From the NCBI RefSeq assembly GCF_026571515.1, contig NW_026858232.1, positions 1 to 64,000 on the forward strand: a stretch of DNA of 64,000 bases. Reading direction: 5' to 3'. Below, one piece after another: positions 13,201 through 25,799 of this stretch. The notes under the pieces are model-generated. The model ran no database searches and had not been told where the DNA came from. It was given only the letters and a program-made list of their open reading frames with translations. A program made the translations under genes and the position numbers. This stretch comes from Ruditapes philippinarum (Eukaryota). Within the stretch, counting starts at the first letter, position 1. Each line of letters starts with the position of its first letter.

Positions 13201-16200
13201 ATAAGTCTTGTCATATTCTCCTCACTTTCTTTGCACTGAATTCTGTCTCATTTCTAAGTTATTCATGATAAAAGATGCCATTATTTGATCTTTAAAATCC
13301 TTTATGACGGGACGCCCTGTCGTTGTGTTAGTTATTACTGATAATTGAAAACATAACAATCTAACAGTTTTAATAAAAAAACCAAATCAATACCTAGCAA
13401 AGTCCGACGAAACGAATAGTATGATGTTATTACCTTTATATTATACAGATTTCGTTGAATTTGCTTTTTCAAATTTAACACTGTTAAATCATGAACATTG
13501 TTTGTGGAAAATGTTTTGAAAATGGTATTTTTAAATAATTATAGCGACATTTTTTAGTTATTATATCCTTATGTGATCATACAACTTCATGCATCACGAA
13601 ACTCTTAATAATATCTTTTTCTAAAGATTACGGACCGTTCATTGTGAGCATATTTCATTTTACAATTACACAATAGCTGCCACAGAAAAGCAGACAGATA
13701 TTTATGATGCAATATTTGCTGAATGAATATATTGGCTGGGGTATCTTATCTACTGGTCACACAAATTGCAATATGTCTGAGCCAAATATTAATGGACATA
13801 ACTTGCAGTAAATAACAGAAACTGGACGGAAGCCAGTCGAAATTAGTAAATGGCCAGTCAGCTCAATGTGTTCTAGACTATCACTTTCATAATATAAGCA
13901 TATATGAAAGTGGTTTTCTTATTTGAAAAATGAAATGTGTTACATCAATGGTAATAAGGTCAAGCGTTCTTGATAGCCCAAATTGTTTGTAAAGTTACAA
14001 AACGCAGAAAAAGATGTTGATTTATGAAGAATTCGGTTTACATAAAAATGGAAAATTTATCCTTTTCATGATGCAAGGAGATATGTCAATTAAATAAAAT
14101 AACACAAACATATACAGATAATTATACCGGTTGGTAGTTTCATGGTCAATATGTTATATCATTACAGACCTTTGTTTAAAACCTATTGTAAGTTTTGCCA
14201 AGTAATGTTCTAATTGTTTCTTCTCTTCTAAAACTGACAAAAGAGTTGCTTGCTACGACTATCATACCTGCTTAAGTAAGATTTGTACAATTTGTGTTTC
14301 ACCATAGTTTGAATAAAAATGAACAATTGTTATAAAAATCATAAACAAGCTTTGTTCCTTGCAATTTACAAATTCTTCCCTTGAGGTTTTAATTTTTTTT
14401 TATCTTTCATCATCATTATAGAAATAGTTAAAATCATAATAGCATCGGTATAATTCTGATAAATTTTATTCACTTTTGCTTGGCTTAATTTATTCTTTTT
14501 ATAACTTATTCACATATAACTAAGTGTTGAAGCATACCTAGACATCATGCTTTTTCATGTCATTTTGTAAATCGTATTATTTCTTTAGTAATTAGAATAA
14601 TTTAAATATATCACTAAGAGAAAAAGAAAAACTTCAATTTCCTGGACATACGTATTACCTGTATATGATGCTAAGGATTCACGTCATAGTTTTTTCTTAT
14701 CTTCTTTGTTTATTTGCAGATCCAATTGTCTCGCTCTAAGGAACGATTTGTATTTTATGGACCATTTGTCTAGTATTTTATGGACTAAATGTTTTCGGTG
14801 TGGTTTTTTTTCCAGCATATTTTTTATATCACAGTAGAGACTAGTTTCTGTGTCTATACAAAGTATGTTTTGGACGAGGGATTAATGGACCAAATTTTAT
14901 GTGATAAATTAATTTATCTATTATTATAATTTACATACATTCCAGACTCAAATATGAGTTAGACTTTTAGCATTATGTAACCTCAAGGAGTACTTAATAC
15001 CTTCCAATAGTTTCCTAATCATGTTTTGCAGATAAGAACTTTCAACCAAACTGAAAAAATGAGGGAGATCTATTTGAGTTACAGGTTCGCGTAACTTAGC
15101 TTATTGATCAGTTTTACCTTGTTTGTATTATATTATTAATTATATTATATGAATATTGATTAAATACTTAAATTATGTAATAAACCATGGTTTAACATTT
15201 TGAAACTTTGATTTAAAAGAATAAGTATTTAGTTACTCTTAATTTCTCTGTTTATATTGTATATGGCTTCCATAATGTGAATTATTCTGTACTGCTTACT
15301 TGCTTCAAATATACATTGTTTATTGTTTCATAAATACCTATTCATTATTGTTAATAGTGATCATTTTATAACTCGTTAATGTACATGTAATTAAAACAGT
15401 GCCTTTCATCTTGAAGAAATACATGGATACTATCAAAGAAACTGGTATTTTGTGTTTTATTTATTGCCTTATTAATTCAAAGGGACAATAAGCAGGAGAC
15501 TACTATTTGGGAAAGCCTAATTGAATGTGTTAAAATGTTTCCAAATAAATTATGGACTTCCTTTCCTACTTATATTTCATACAGATGTACATGTATATAC
15601 AAATCCCAAGTGTCACAGTGCATGCTGAGACAGCATCTAACTATATCTGTTGTGCTCTATTCTAAGACCTAATATTAAAGTTGGAAAAAGAAAAGGGCAA
15701 AACAGTGAAAGGCTGGCGGTGATGACTTTCACATACCGTAACTAGAGAGGGAGTTTTTCTAAAATTTTAGTGTTATTCGTCCAGATACTGACTTTGTACT
15801 GATAGAATATTTTAATAAAAAAATCCTTTGACAAGATAAAAAAAAGCAAAGTTGCGCTTAAATTTGTCGAATCTTGCAATGAAATAATAAAAATAGTTCC
15901 GATTTGTCTTACATTATTTTTTGAAGTATCATACTGGCCATCAGAAGTAGGCGTCGAAATGTCTTCCCCATAGGGGTTGAAAAGTCATGTAAAATGGGTC
16001 TAAGACTCAAGGGGTCTAGAAGTCATCTTAATATCTTATGGGATCGAGAAGTCAAGGAGTCAAAGTGTCTAACTTGCTTTCTGGGCATTGCAGGGAATGT
16101 CTTTGTGATTGCATTTGGTTGTTGACAAGATGCCAAATGTCATTTGACCTCAAAAACTTTATTTACATGTCATGACACAAAAACATCATTTAGCCTGTCT

Positions 16201-17807
16201 TGTTTTAAGAATAATTGAAGAAATTTTGAAAATAATGAGATATATGTATTTACGTGAATTTGATTGCAGAAACATGTAAAAGCGTCCAATAAGAAAAAAG
16301 AAAAATTCCAAGCAAACTATGTTATTTGCATTTTCATTCTTTAGAGAATCCATAATTACACAGCATAATATTACAGTTTAATTCCTGCACAATCTTTTAA
16401 ACTTCATCTGTACGAACACCAGTGTAAATATGGCGTCACGTCGTTTCTATTCTTTCATGCAACAAGGAAATATTTAATTCATATTTTATACCTGATCTGA
16501 TTTGTGAATAAATTTGCAAAATCAGAAAAAGTAGTCCTAAAATGTCGAAGTATCAGTAATTAAGATATGAGACCGAAGCATTATTTCTTCTTAAGATTGC
16601 AATCCATTAATTGTGGGCATTTTTCTTTTTATGGTAGGTGAGACAAAAGACCAGACAGAAATTTATTATGCAACATTTGTCCAGTGATGATAGTGGCCAA
16701 AGTATTTAATCTAATATTATTCTTCACATTAATTGCAAAATATTCATGGAATACGTAGACAAATTAAACGGACTCCAGTCGATATCAAAATAACGGTCAA
16801 ATTATCAGCTCAATGCGTTCCAACCTAATACAATTATTTGATTTGCGGCTTTAAACAAAAATAAAAAAACTCGGAATCTACTAGCAAATATTAATGTAAA
16901 GAAAGGTAATTAAAAATTAAAAAAAAATGTGCTTATACACAGTTTACATTATAAATTATACTTACTTGAACTTATTGTAGAAATTAATTTGTAATGTTTT
17001 AATTATTCTTTCTTTAGGAGATTGATATGGCTATCATACATTTATAAGTTTATTTGAGACCGTGTAAGTAGAAAAAGGCAACCAAAGTACGTAAAATAAA
17101 TTGATATCAAAACAAACCTTGTATGGACAATGCCTTGGATCCCACGCAAACATAACAGTTCAGTCTAGTCATATTCCCTCCACTTTCTTTGCACTGATTT
17201 TTATAACTCGTTGATGTACATGTATTTAAAACAGTGCCTTTATCTTAAAGAAATACATGGATAATATCAAAGAAACTGGTATCTAGTGTTTTAGTTATTT
17301 CCTTATTAATTTAAAAAGACTGTAAGTCAAGGAGTAGTGAATGAGTTACCACGCAAGAGACTCCCAATATTTGAGAAAAATGATACATGTATATGTATTA
17401 GAATGTTTTTTATTTGGTGTTTTATTCATTTTCTTTATTAATTTAAAAGGACAATAAGGCAATTAGTATTAAAAACGTTCGCTTGCCGAGCAGGAGACTG
17501 GGCTATTTGGAAAAGCTTAATTAAATGTATTAAAATGTTTCCAAAGACTTGCCTACATAGAATACATGCAGATCCCAAGTGACACAGTACATGCTGATAC
17601 ACCATCAAACTATATTTGTTTTGCTCTATTCTAAGAACTTATATTAAAGTTGGAAAAAGAAAAGGAGTTACTGTGAAAGGCTAGCGGTGATGACATGCAT
17701 ATACCATAACTTTGGAGTAAGTTTTTCTAAAGGTTTAGCGTTGTTCGTCCAGATACTGACTTTGTCCAAAAGTAATGTTTTGATAATAAAATGCCTTGAC
17801 AAGTTAA

Positions 17808-19264
17808 AATCAAAGTGCTGCAGCACTGAATGCGACGGACATGCAACCGGAGAGACACCAAGGCTTCTTTTAGAAAAACAAAACAAAATAAACACAAAAT
17901 ATATAACAGAGAAAATTTGTTCCATACAAGTTCGAGATTTGTAGAGCAATATATTTTGTGTCCCAAATTGATATAATTCAGATTTTCTACTTTCAAGCAC
18001 TTAAATACAGAATGAAATTTATGCCTAAAAACTCTGGTCAAACTTGTAAATCAGTGTCCTTATCGATTTATTCTAAGAAATGATATGTAAATAGGAAAAA
18101 AAAAATATCAACGAAATATTTCTAGAATAAATCCAGGCAAATAAACTTCAAACATAATACATTGTACATTTGAGAATGCTATTTAGAATTGCTTCGTGTT
18201 ATATCATAGTGGGCATACAGACAATAAAATATAAGTCATTTGTATTTTTATTTCTCTTGGATATGTCTCATTAAAAAAAATTGGTTAAAATCATCAGCAA
18301 TTAATAGTGTATTTCTTAGATTTTTTTATTTACAAGGTAAAGATGTAGAGGCCAGAGCACATCGTTTTTATTTTAATTTAAATGTCACTTAAGCACTACA
18401 GTGTTTAGTTGTCCTTTTCAACTTCACACTAAATTCCATTTTCAACTTGTTTGCTTCTTACAATTGTATAGCATTTCTAAAACTATTGCATTACAATCCG
18501 CTGTTGTACTTCCTAATCGTCTGTCCAAAAATCAGAACAGGTAAAGCAGAATCTATTTTTAGAATATCGAAGGTTAACTCATATCATGACCTAGTAAAAT
18601 ATGTAAACAAACCACAAGAATCGGAAGTAGAACTGATATTATAACTTCCTTACCATGATTTCAAGACTACATGGCGGTAAAGTGTCTTACATGCATTTTC
18701 AAAAAATAGATATTTATACTAGCCATTGAACTGTATCTAATATATTTAATAACTGCTGAATATTCAGCTAAACCGCGGTATGAGTCACGAAAATAGTTCT
18801 TCTTTTATTAATGCGCGAGTTATCCTAGAGTCACGAAAAACTTTTGATTTGTTAATAATAATGTTTGTATAATGTAGAAATATTTATTTCCTACTAATAA
18901 TGTCTTGGAACTCAGAGGTTACACTTTATTGTAGTATAATTTGCTGTCCTACTTTTTCGACAGCGGTAAATCGTTTCAGCAGTAATTTGCATATTGCGCA
19001 ATAATACTACGGGACTACAACGTTTTTATCAATAATATACGTTCATATTTTAACTTGGATAACTTAATTTGAAATTGAAAAGGCTAAATATGGAAGACAT
19101 TAAGATATCCAGACAAAGCATGGGAGTTTTGAAGGATCAAATTCATGTACTATTTCTTGGGCTGTTAATTGGTTTAGGACACATTGCGCGAGTGTAGCCA
19201 ACGAAATCCCATGTGTAGATGACTTAGCTCTGAACGCGCCTGAGGGCGCGTCCGTCGCAAAAAA
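17808..19264. mobile_element. Helentron-type non-autonomous element without central satellite
   Basis: Subterminal inverted repeats TGCGACGGAC (17831-17840) / GTCCGTCGCA (19250-19259), palindrome AGTGCTGCAGCACT near one end and CGCGCC-TGAG-GGCGCG hairpin near the other; inserted in the A-run of the D-E junction that is uninterrupted at ~11100 and ~15840. Confidence 0.75.
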
Positions 19265-21057
19265 CAAAGCAAAGTTGTGCTTAATTAGATGAATATTGCA
19301 ATAAAAATAATCAAAATGTTTGCGATTTGTCTTACATTATTCCTCGAAGCATCTAACTGGCCTTCAGAAGTTCCCCATAGGGGGTCGCAAAGTCATGTAA
19401 AAGGGGTCTAAGACTCAAGGAGTCTAGAAGTCATGTTAATATCCTAAGGGGTCGAGAAGTCAATGGGCCTAAGTGTTTAACTTGCTTTCTGAGCATTGAA
19501 GGGAATATCTTTGTGATTTCATTTGGCTGTTGACAAGATACCAAATGTCATTTGACCTCGAAAATTTTATTTGCATGTAATGGGGCTAAAAATCATTTGG
19601 AGAGGGTAGCCCTCTAGTTCAAAGAATAGTTAAAACAAATAAAAATATGTGATACATTTATTTACCTAAATTTGGTTTCAGAGTTATTAAAAAGCGTCTT
19701 TTGAAACAAATACATCAAAAGATGTCATTTGCAATCTCATTCTTTCGAGAATCCATTTTTTTTTATTTCTTCATTAGACGACGCCCTAGTTGTTAACGAG
19801 TAGAAACAACAGTAGGCCAGTTTCATTCATATAATATATACCTTCAAATTTCAACTAACGAATGCCTGTGTAAATAAGTAGGCACGTCTCTCTTATTCTT
19901 TCAGAAACACCTTCAACACGAACGACAGTAAAATAGATTGTAAATTTGTAACCTTAAAAACTGTTTGTTTGATGGATATGAAAAATGAAATATTTGTTGT
20001 TATGATATCACATTTTATTTTTCACTTGACCAGGCAATTTTATGTAACAAGGATCTGATCTGTGTTTGATCTGTGAGTAAATTGGCAAAATCAGAAAGAA
20101 AAAAGCAGTCCTAAAATTTCGTAAAGAATGAGTGGTTAAGATATAAGGTCAATGCATTATTTCTTCTTTAGATTGTCAAATATTAATTGTGGACATATTT
20201 CTTTTTACGGTAGATGCCACAAAAGACCAGACAGAAATTTATTTTGCAATTTTGTCCTATGATGATAGTGGCGGGAGTATTTTGTGTCATAAATTGGAAA
20301 GTGTTAATTGAATACGTAGACAAACTGAACGGAAGCCAGCCGATATCACAAATGATCATATTATCCATACTATAGCAATTATTTGATTTGCGTATCTATG
20401 AAGCTTTTTGGACATGAAAACTCGAAAAAAACACATATATAAAAAGGAACTATTTGTATTTGATTGTTCAAAATTAACACAGTAACTTTGATGAGAAAAC
20501 GCCCTGTCGTTGAGTTGTTTACTATTGATAATCCAAAAGAAACAACAGTAAGCCAGTATAATTCATACATATTCCATCAAATTTCAAATGAACGAACACC
20601 AGTGTAAATAACGTGTCATGTCTTTTCTATTCACCTTTAAATGAACGACTTAAATTTTGAAAATTCGAACTTTTTGTTTAATTGATATGAAAAATGAAAT
20701 ATTTGTAGTTATAATATCGTATTTAATTTTTCATTTGAGCACACATTTTATGCAACAAGGAAATAATTTATATTTTATATCTGATTTGTTTGCGTGAGTT
20801 AATTGGCAAAATCAGAAAAAATAGTCCTACAATTTCGACATTTTGTAAAGTATGAGTGGATAAGATAGGAGGCCAATGCGTAATTTCTTCTTAAGATTAC
20901 AATCCATTCATTGTGGGCATATTTCTTTTTACTGTAGATGTCACAAAAGAACAGACAGAGATTTATTATGCAACATTTGTCCAACGATGATAGTGGCCGA
21001 AGAATTCTATCTAATATTCTCCTTCTCATAAATTTTAATATAGTAGAGGAATACTCA

Positions 21058-21160
21058 AAAAAAAAATAAACAGACAAGCCACAGAAACACGAACATTCAG
21101 TAATAATTTTTTATTGCATACGTTTCGGCTATATGCCTTCATCAGTGCAAAACATTTTTT
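21058..21160 (-). mobile_element. Short Penelope-like/retrozyme-type retroposed insert
   Basis: Flanked by 14-bp direct repeat TAGAGGAATACTCA (21044-21057, 21161-21174); absent from paralogous A modules; contains a hammerhead core followed by AATAAA. Confidence 0.75.
21114..21150 (-). ncRNA. Minimal type I hammerhead ribozyme
   Basis: Minus strand TTGCA-CTGATGA-A-GGC-ATATA-GCC-GAAA-CG-TA-TGCAA: stem I TTGCA/TGCAA, core CUGAUGA, stem II GGC/GCC, GAAA, palindromic ACGT stem III, GUA cleavage triplet. Confidence 0.75.
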
Positions 21161-23888
21161 TAGAGGAATACTCAGGAATACAAATTGAACGAATGCCAGA
21201 CCAGTTGCAAACGGTCAGCTCAGTACGTTTAATACAGACTATTACAATAATTTGATTCGAGTATTTTTAATAAGGCTTTTAAAAATGAAAACTCGAAATA
21301 TACATATACACATAAATGTCAAAAAAAGTAATTAAAAAACGTACTTGTACTTGAATTGATCATCATGAACTGATCGTAGGTTTTAATTAGTAATATTCTA
21401 ATTATTCCTTTTTGGGAGTTGGTTTGGCTTTCACAAATTTATAAGTGCGATTTGACGGATTTATTTGAGACCGTCGTATTATTGGTATCAAAACATAAGT
21501 AAGATTTTAAAAACACATAAAATAATGTATGTCGTTGGTCCCCGTTTTTCTTTTAAATTCCTCATGACAACCGAATTCGATCTAGACTGATTTTCGTTGA
21601 TCTGGACAATAGATTATTTAAAAAAAGCTTTTTTTAAAGGCTTTATAATTATAAAAAAACTCTTCTTTATTCTAATGATATAATTGTTCAATAATAATTT
21701 GTTTCTTGTTTTCATTGCAATTTATGTGTTACAAATAACACGTTGTTTTCATTTACTTTATATATCTGTTCCGGTGCATGATACATTTACGTCGCCTCAG
21801 TGCAAAATTTTATGTTTGGCTAGTACTGCTGATTTTTCAAAAGTTGATTTTTTCCCTAATTATATAATACTAGTAACTGAATTCGAAACATTTTGGGAAC
21901 CCATTTATTTCATTTTACAGTAACCGACAATGACATCGGTGCATATTTATAAACTATATGTTTTGTCACTAATAATTTGTCCACTTTTGTCTATTTAACT
22001 AGTTCGCTTGTAACTCTTTTATAGAAGAAATTTTACAGTATGCCAGGACTTCTAGATTTGTGAAATCATTTTGTTTTCTTTTTATTTTATTTTTTGTACA
22101 ATTGAATGACTACATGTATAAGAGAAAATAAACGTAGGTTTCTTGGACAAATTGACGTACACGAATGCATGTGACGCTTAAGCTTTCTCTTTCACTTCTT
22201 TGTTTCTTTGAAGATAAAATTGTTTTGTGCTAAGAAACTATTAGTATTTAATGGACCATGTGTCTGGTATTTTTATGGACTAAACGTTGTCTGTATGTTT
22301 TATCAGCATAATTTTTATATCGCTGTATAGCGACTATTTTTTGTTTCTGTACAAGGGATGATATAGTCGAGGAATTAATGGACCGAATTTCATGTGGCAA
22401 ATTATTATATCTATATACAGTATTTTCCACAATCAAATATAAGTCTTTTTGCATAACATGTGACCTCGAGGAGATCTTTATTCTACAAATTGCGTTAAAA
22501 AGGATAAAAAAAACATTGTTTTTATTGTATAAAATTACATTAAATAGTAATTAATGTACTTGGATCTTTATCAATTAATAAAATTTTTTTTATTATAAAT
22601 AACTTCGGTAAAACATGTTGTCTATTGAAATATGGGCCGAGTTTCCTTATCCAACAAACATACATTTTATATTGTTTCAACTTTGATATATACCTTTTTT
22701 TTTCAAAATAAGCATTATACATAACGCTCATGCTTTTGAATCAGTTTTATGGTTGAGGGTTCATACAGTAGGAAAAAAAAATAGAGTTGATCTAGCTAAA
22801 GATCTATCACAGCTTACTTATTTTTATTTGATTATTTTTGTATATATGTTTGTGGTGTTTTAAGTTCCCTGTATATTCACCCTTACGATGTGTTGCTTGC
22901 TTTTTGACTTCGACGTCTTGCATGTGATTTGACGGCTTCAAGTAACTACTTTACATAGTTCTGTCCATAATTTTCTTGTTTAGGACACACTCATCCTTTT
23001 ATTTGGGGACCATACATGTACGCCATGGAATGGCACCGACATATCACATTTGATTCAGTCCCAATATTTTATATAGGAGTGAAATCGCAGTCTTGCACTT
23101 GGTCCGCCTGATGCAGTTAAAAGAGGAAAGCGCAGCTGCAGTGTCCAACTGTAAAATTGTTGAACACTAAGCATGCAGTAAGTCAATGAGACTTGTCTGT
23201 AATTATCAGCCGGAAACTTTTGAGACACTTAATATTGGTGAGACAAATGCCTCCTTCTTATCAGCCAGAATTGTACCAGAAGAAAAAAACTTTTTTACAC
23301 AATATTGTTATTATGTGTGCAATTAATAGAGCACTTTCTTTAAGTAGTCTTTGTTTTATTGCATCGCCTCGGGACCAGCTGTCTAATTTGGGTTAACATT
23401 TTTATTATATTTCTTATTGACATGCAAGAAGGATAACTGCTACAAGGGACTACTCTATATGAAACATGGCCACTGCACTGTTGTCTTTTTTAAAGACAGT
23501 TTAGAACACCAGCCTTCTCTATGCATGTACTTTATCTTCGAAAGTAGTTGGCATTTATTTCTTTTTCAAGCTTTTAATGCTGAATTTTAACCATGGAATA
23601 CACGTACGGTGCTTTCCAGACACTGTTAATATGGAATATGATTAAAAATGAATTCTACAGCCCCTTGTTTAGACTTAATGTTATATCTTTTTGTTTTGCA
23701 AAATACACACAAGATGAATAAGTTCTATGGGAATCAGCAACATCCTCTCCCATATATCACTATGACAGTTATATGTGAAATATATGACCTTGTACATGTC
23801 TTGTTTGTATTTTGGTACTGTAAGATCGTTCGATTATTACGATGTGACTGAATACTTTTCTTTGTGTGTTAATATAATTTTGAAAGTT

Positions 23889-23900
23889 AAAAATAAAAAA
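23889..23900 (-). terminator. RNA polymerase III oligo-T terminator of tRNA-Leu
   Basis: TTTTTTATTTTT on the minus strand starting 6 nt after the discriminator base. Confidence 0.7.
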
Positions 23901-23905
23901 TATTA

Positions 23906-23987
23906 TGGCAGCGGTGGGATTCGAACCCACGCCTCCGAAGAGACTGGTGCCTAAAACCAGCGCCTTAGACCGCTCGGCCACGCTACC
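23906..23987 (-). tRNA. tRNA-Leu-TAG: tRNA-Leu (anticodon TAG)
   Basis: GGTAGCGTGGCCGAGCGGTCTAAGGCGCTGGTTTTAGGCACCAGTCTCTTCGGAGGCGTGGGTTCGAATCCCACCGCTGCCA: 82 nt, intact cloverleaf with long variable arm, anticodon stem CTGGT/ACCAG, loop TT-TAG-GC, A and B boxes. Confidence 0.97.
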
Positions 23988-24194
23988 TTATAGCATAACT
24001 GGTCGCAAAGTAAATTGATATACTATAATACAAATTCCTGTATATTTTAAACATAAATAAAGCTGATGAACTTGAATTAGTATTTTTTCAACTTAATATG
24101 GTTTCATTGCCCTTCGTTTACAACATATTTTCCTATTTTTTTTATTTATTTTTTTTTACATAACGAACGACAACTCTCGTTTTTTTTTTATCGC

Positions 24195-24250
24195 AAACCG
24201 GAAGTATGCGTCAAGTGATCTGATTGGCTGACTGATATTTGTGTTCAAAT
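24195..24250 (+). promoter_or_regulatory. Probable RACGAP1 core promoter: ETS site, inverted CCAAT box, CHR-like element
   Basis: CCGGAAGT 24198-24205, ATTGG 24223-24227, TTCAAA (reverse CHR TTTGAA) 24244-24249, followed by a strong donor AAA|gtaagt at 24326/24327; the RACGAP1 ATG exon begins directly at an acceptor so upstream UTR exons are required. Confidence 0.55.
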
Positions 24251-24593
24251 CAACAACCGGGAACAAGGAGCTACTATTTAAATGAATTTCTTATCTAAAG
24301 TACAATAAATTGCAATGAAACGCAAAGTAAGTTGACATTAGAATGTTTTTAGCATAAATCTGTATGTTCAAGTGAATTCAAAATTTTGTTATATGTGAAT
24401 AAAACAAATTATGCGGTCGTTAGAATAATTTTTTTTTGTCAAAAATACCCCACCTGTTTCCTTTATAAAAAGTTTTATGTTTCAGGAGTGAGACAAACAA
24501 TGTACATAATATTTTCGGTATCATATGTTTTGTTTAGTTTTTAATTGATACGGCGAATTTTTGATTTAGAGTTAATTTATTTTGATTTTATAG

Positions 24594-24732
24594 GCTATCA
24601 CGTACGGCAAGAAGTGAAGATCTTCAGGCAAATCGGCACAGTTCACTGACAGTGACACTGGGTCCACTTTAATAAAAACAAAACAACACAATAAACTTAT
24701 TAACTTTTTCTGATAACTTGCTTGTTATCAGG
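24594..24732 (+). other. Candidate 5'UTR exon of RACGAP1
   Basis: ttattttgattttatag| acceptor and AGG|gtaagc donor bracket 139 nt between the candidate first exon and the ATG exon. Confidence 0.35.
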
Positions 24733-24965
24733 GTAAGCTGTTTAAAATGAAAAAATAAAGAGATATCTGGTATATTGTCTTATAATTGTCAAATTTGTGC
24801 AGAGTTGGAATTGTGCCAAGCTGACTTGGGTGGCCAAGTACGTTTTAGGGCCTAGCTGACCCTGATTCAAACTTTTGGTTAGCAGGTTTGGGCCCCAGTT
24901 CTGGCTTCCAAATTTTTATAAGACACCTTTTTTCATTCTTTTTTTCCATCTGATGCGGCATTAAG

Positions 24966-25760
24966 TAGTCCTAATTATAAAACCTATACGTAACCTTTCA
25001 TATTTATCATTCATTAATCTGATATTTTTCATTTTTCATTTTCCATGTTACGTTAGGTCTTAACAGATCTTTGCAAAATCGTGTAGCAAAAAAATTGACA
25101 TTAGCACGGAGTTGTATGTAGATCTGTGACATTAGACATCGATTTAGATCTAATGAATTTAAACAATTAAAACAGCGTGTATTCACATTAATTTTGACCT
25201 ATTTATGAACAAAACTGAAAAATAAATACCTTTTAACAAAATAATTAAACTGTCACATCCGAAAAGTCATGATTATATCCTCTCATTTAATTAAATTCCT
25301 TGTACAGCCAGTATACAAATGGCCGCCATACAGTGCGCGAAATCTGATTGGCTAATTCAAATGCAAGCGTTTAAATGAGTCCAGAAGTTTCTAACGGAAT
25401 ATTTTTTCAACGAAATAATTTGCTCATGCACCGTCAGTGTGTTCGAATATATTTTTCCGTTAAAAAAATTGGAATTGTAAAACGCTTTACTTAACCAGTA
25501 TGGCCGATGAGCGAAATAAACTGATATGTATATTTTATTTTTAATTAATAATAAGTACATTGTTTGAAAGTTTTTGTTAATGATATACCATGCATTTGAA
25601 AGAACAGAAGATAAGCTTTTGAATAAAACTTGAAAGGCAAGTGAACAGACATTTTTTTAAATTTTCAAAATGCTACGCGTTGTTGAGCAATAACTATTAG
25701 ACGTCACGCTTGACCAACATAAAACTATAACAAGCCTGTAACGTCTTATCTATTGGACTA
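24966..25760. mobile_element. MITE with TAG..CTA termini and 10-bp TSD (AcademH-like signature)
   Basis: Perfect direct repeat CGGCATTAAG at 24956-24965 and 25761-25770; termini TAGTCC...GGACTA with imperfect longer TIR. Confidence 0.8.
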
Positions 25761-25799
25761 CGGCATTAAGGTGTTGGGTAAGACCCGTTACGAAAAGGT

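Larger units (their letters stand above)
1..22480. repeat. Mosaic higher-order repeat / local segmental duplication of ~5 AT-rich modules (ancestral unit ~4 kb, order E-A-B-C-D)
   Basis: Marker strings recur: A (cattgtgg..tttattatgcaacatttgtcc) ~1525, 7017, 11951, 16610, 20186, 20909; B (ttacggaccgttcattgt) ~2896, 5412, 8390, 13627; C (atggaccatttgtctagt) ~4070, 10022, 14757, 22251; D (gtccagatactgactttgt) ~5091, 11043, 15779, 17747; E (gggtctaagactcaagg) ~11260, 15996, 19404. Confidence 0.93.

Noticed and set aside
20183-20368. Minus-strand ORF with WLPF resembling GPCR TM6
   Set aside because: Motif and frame not kept in paralogous modules; no other GPCR features.
23953-23956. Internal TTTT in the tRNA as premature Pol III terminator
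   Set aside because: Part of the correctly paired anticodon stem-loop; a longer T run follows the gene.
23769-23981. 70-aa ORF MAERSKALVLGTSLFGGVGSNPT
   Set aside because: It is the tRNA-Leu gene read as codons.
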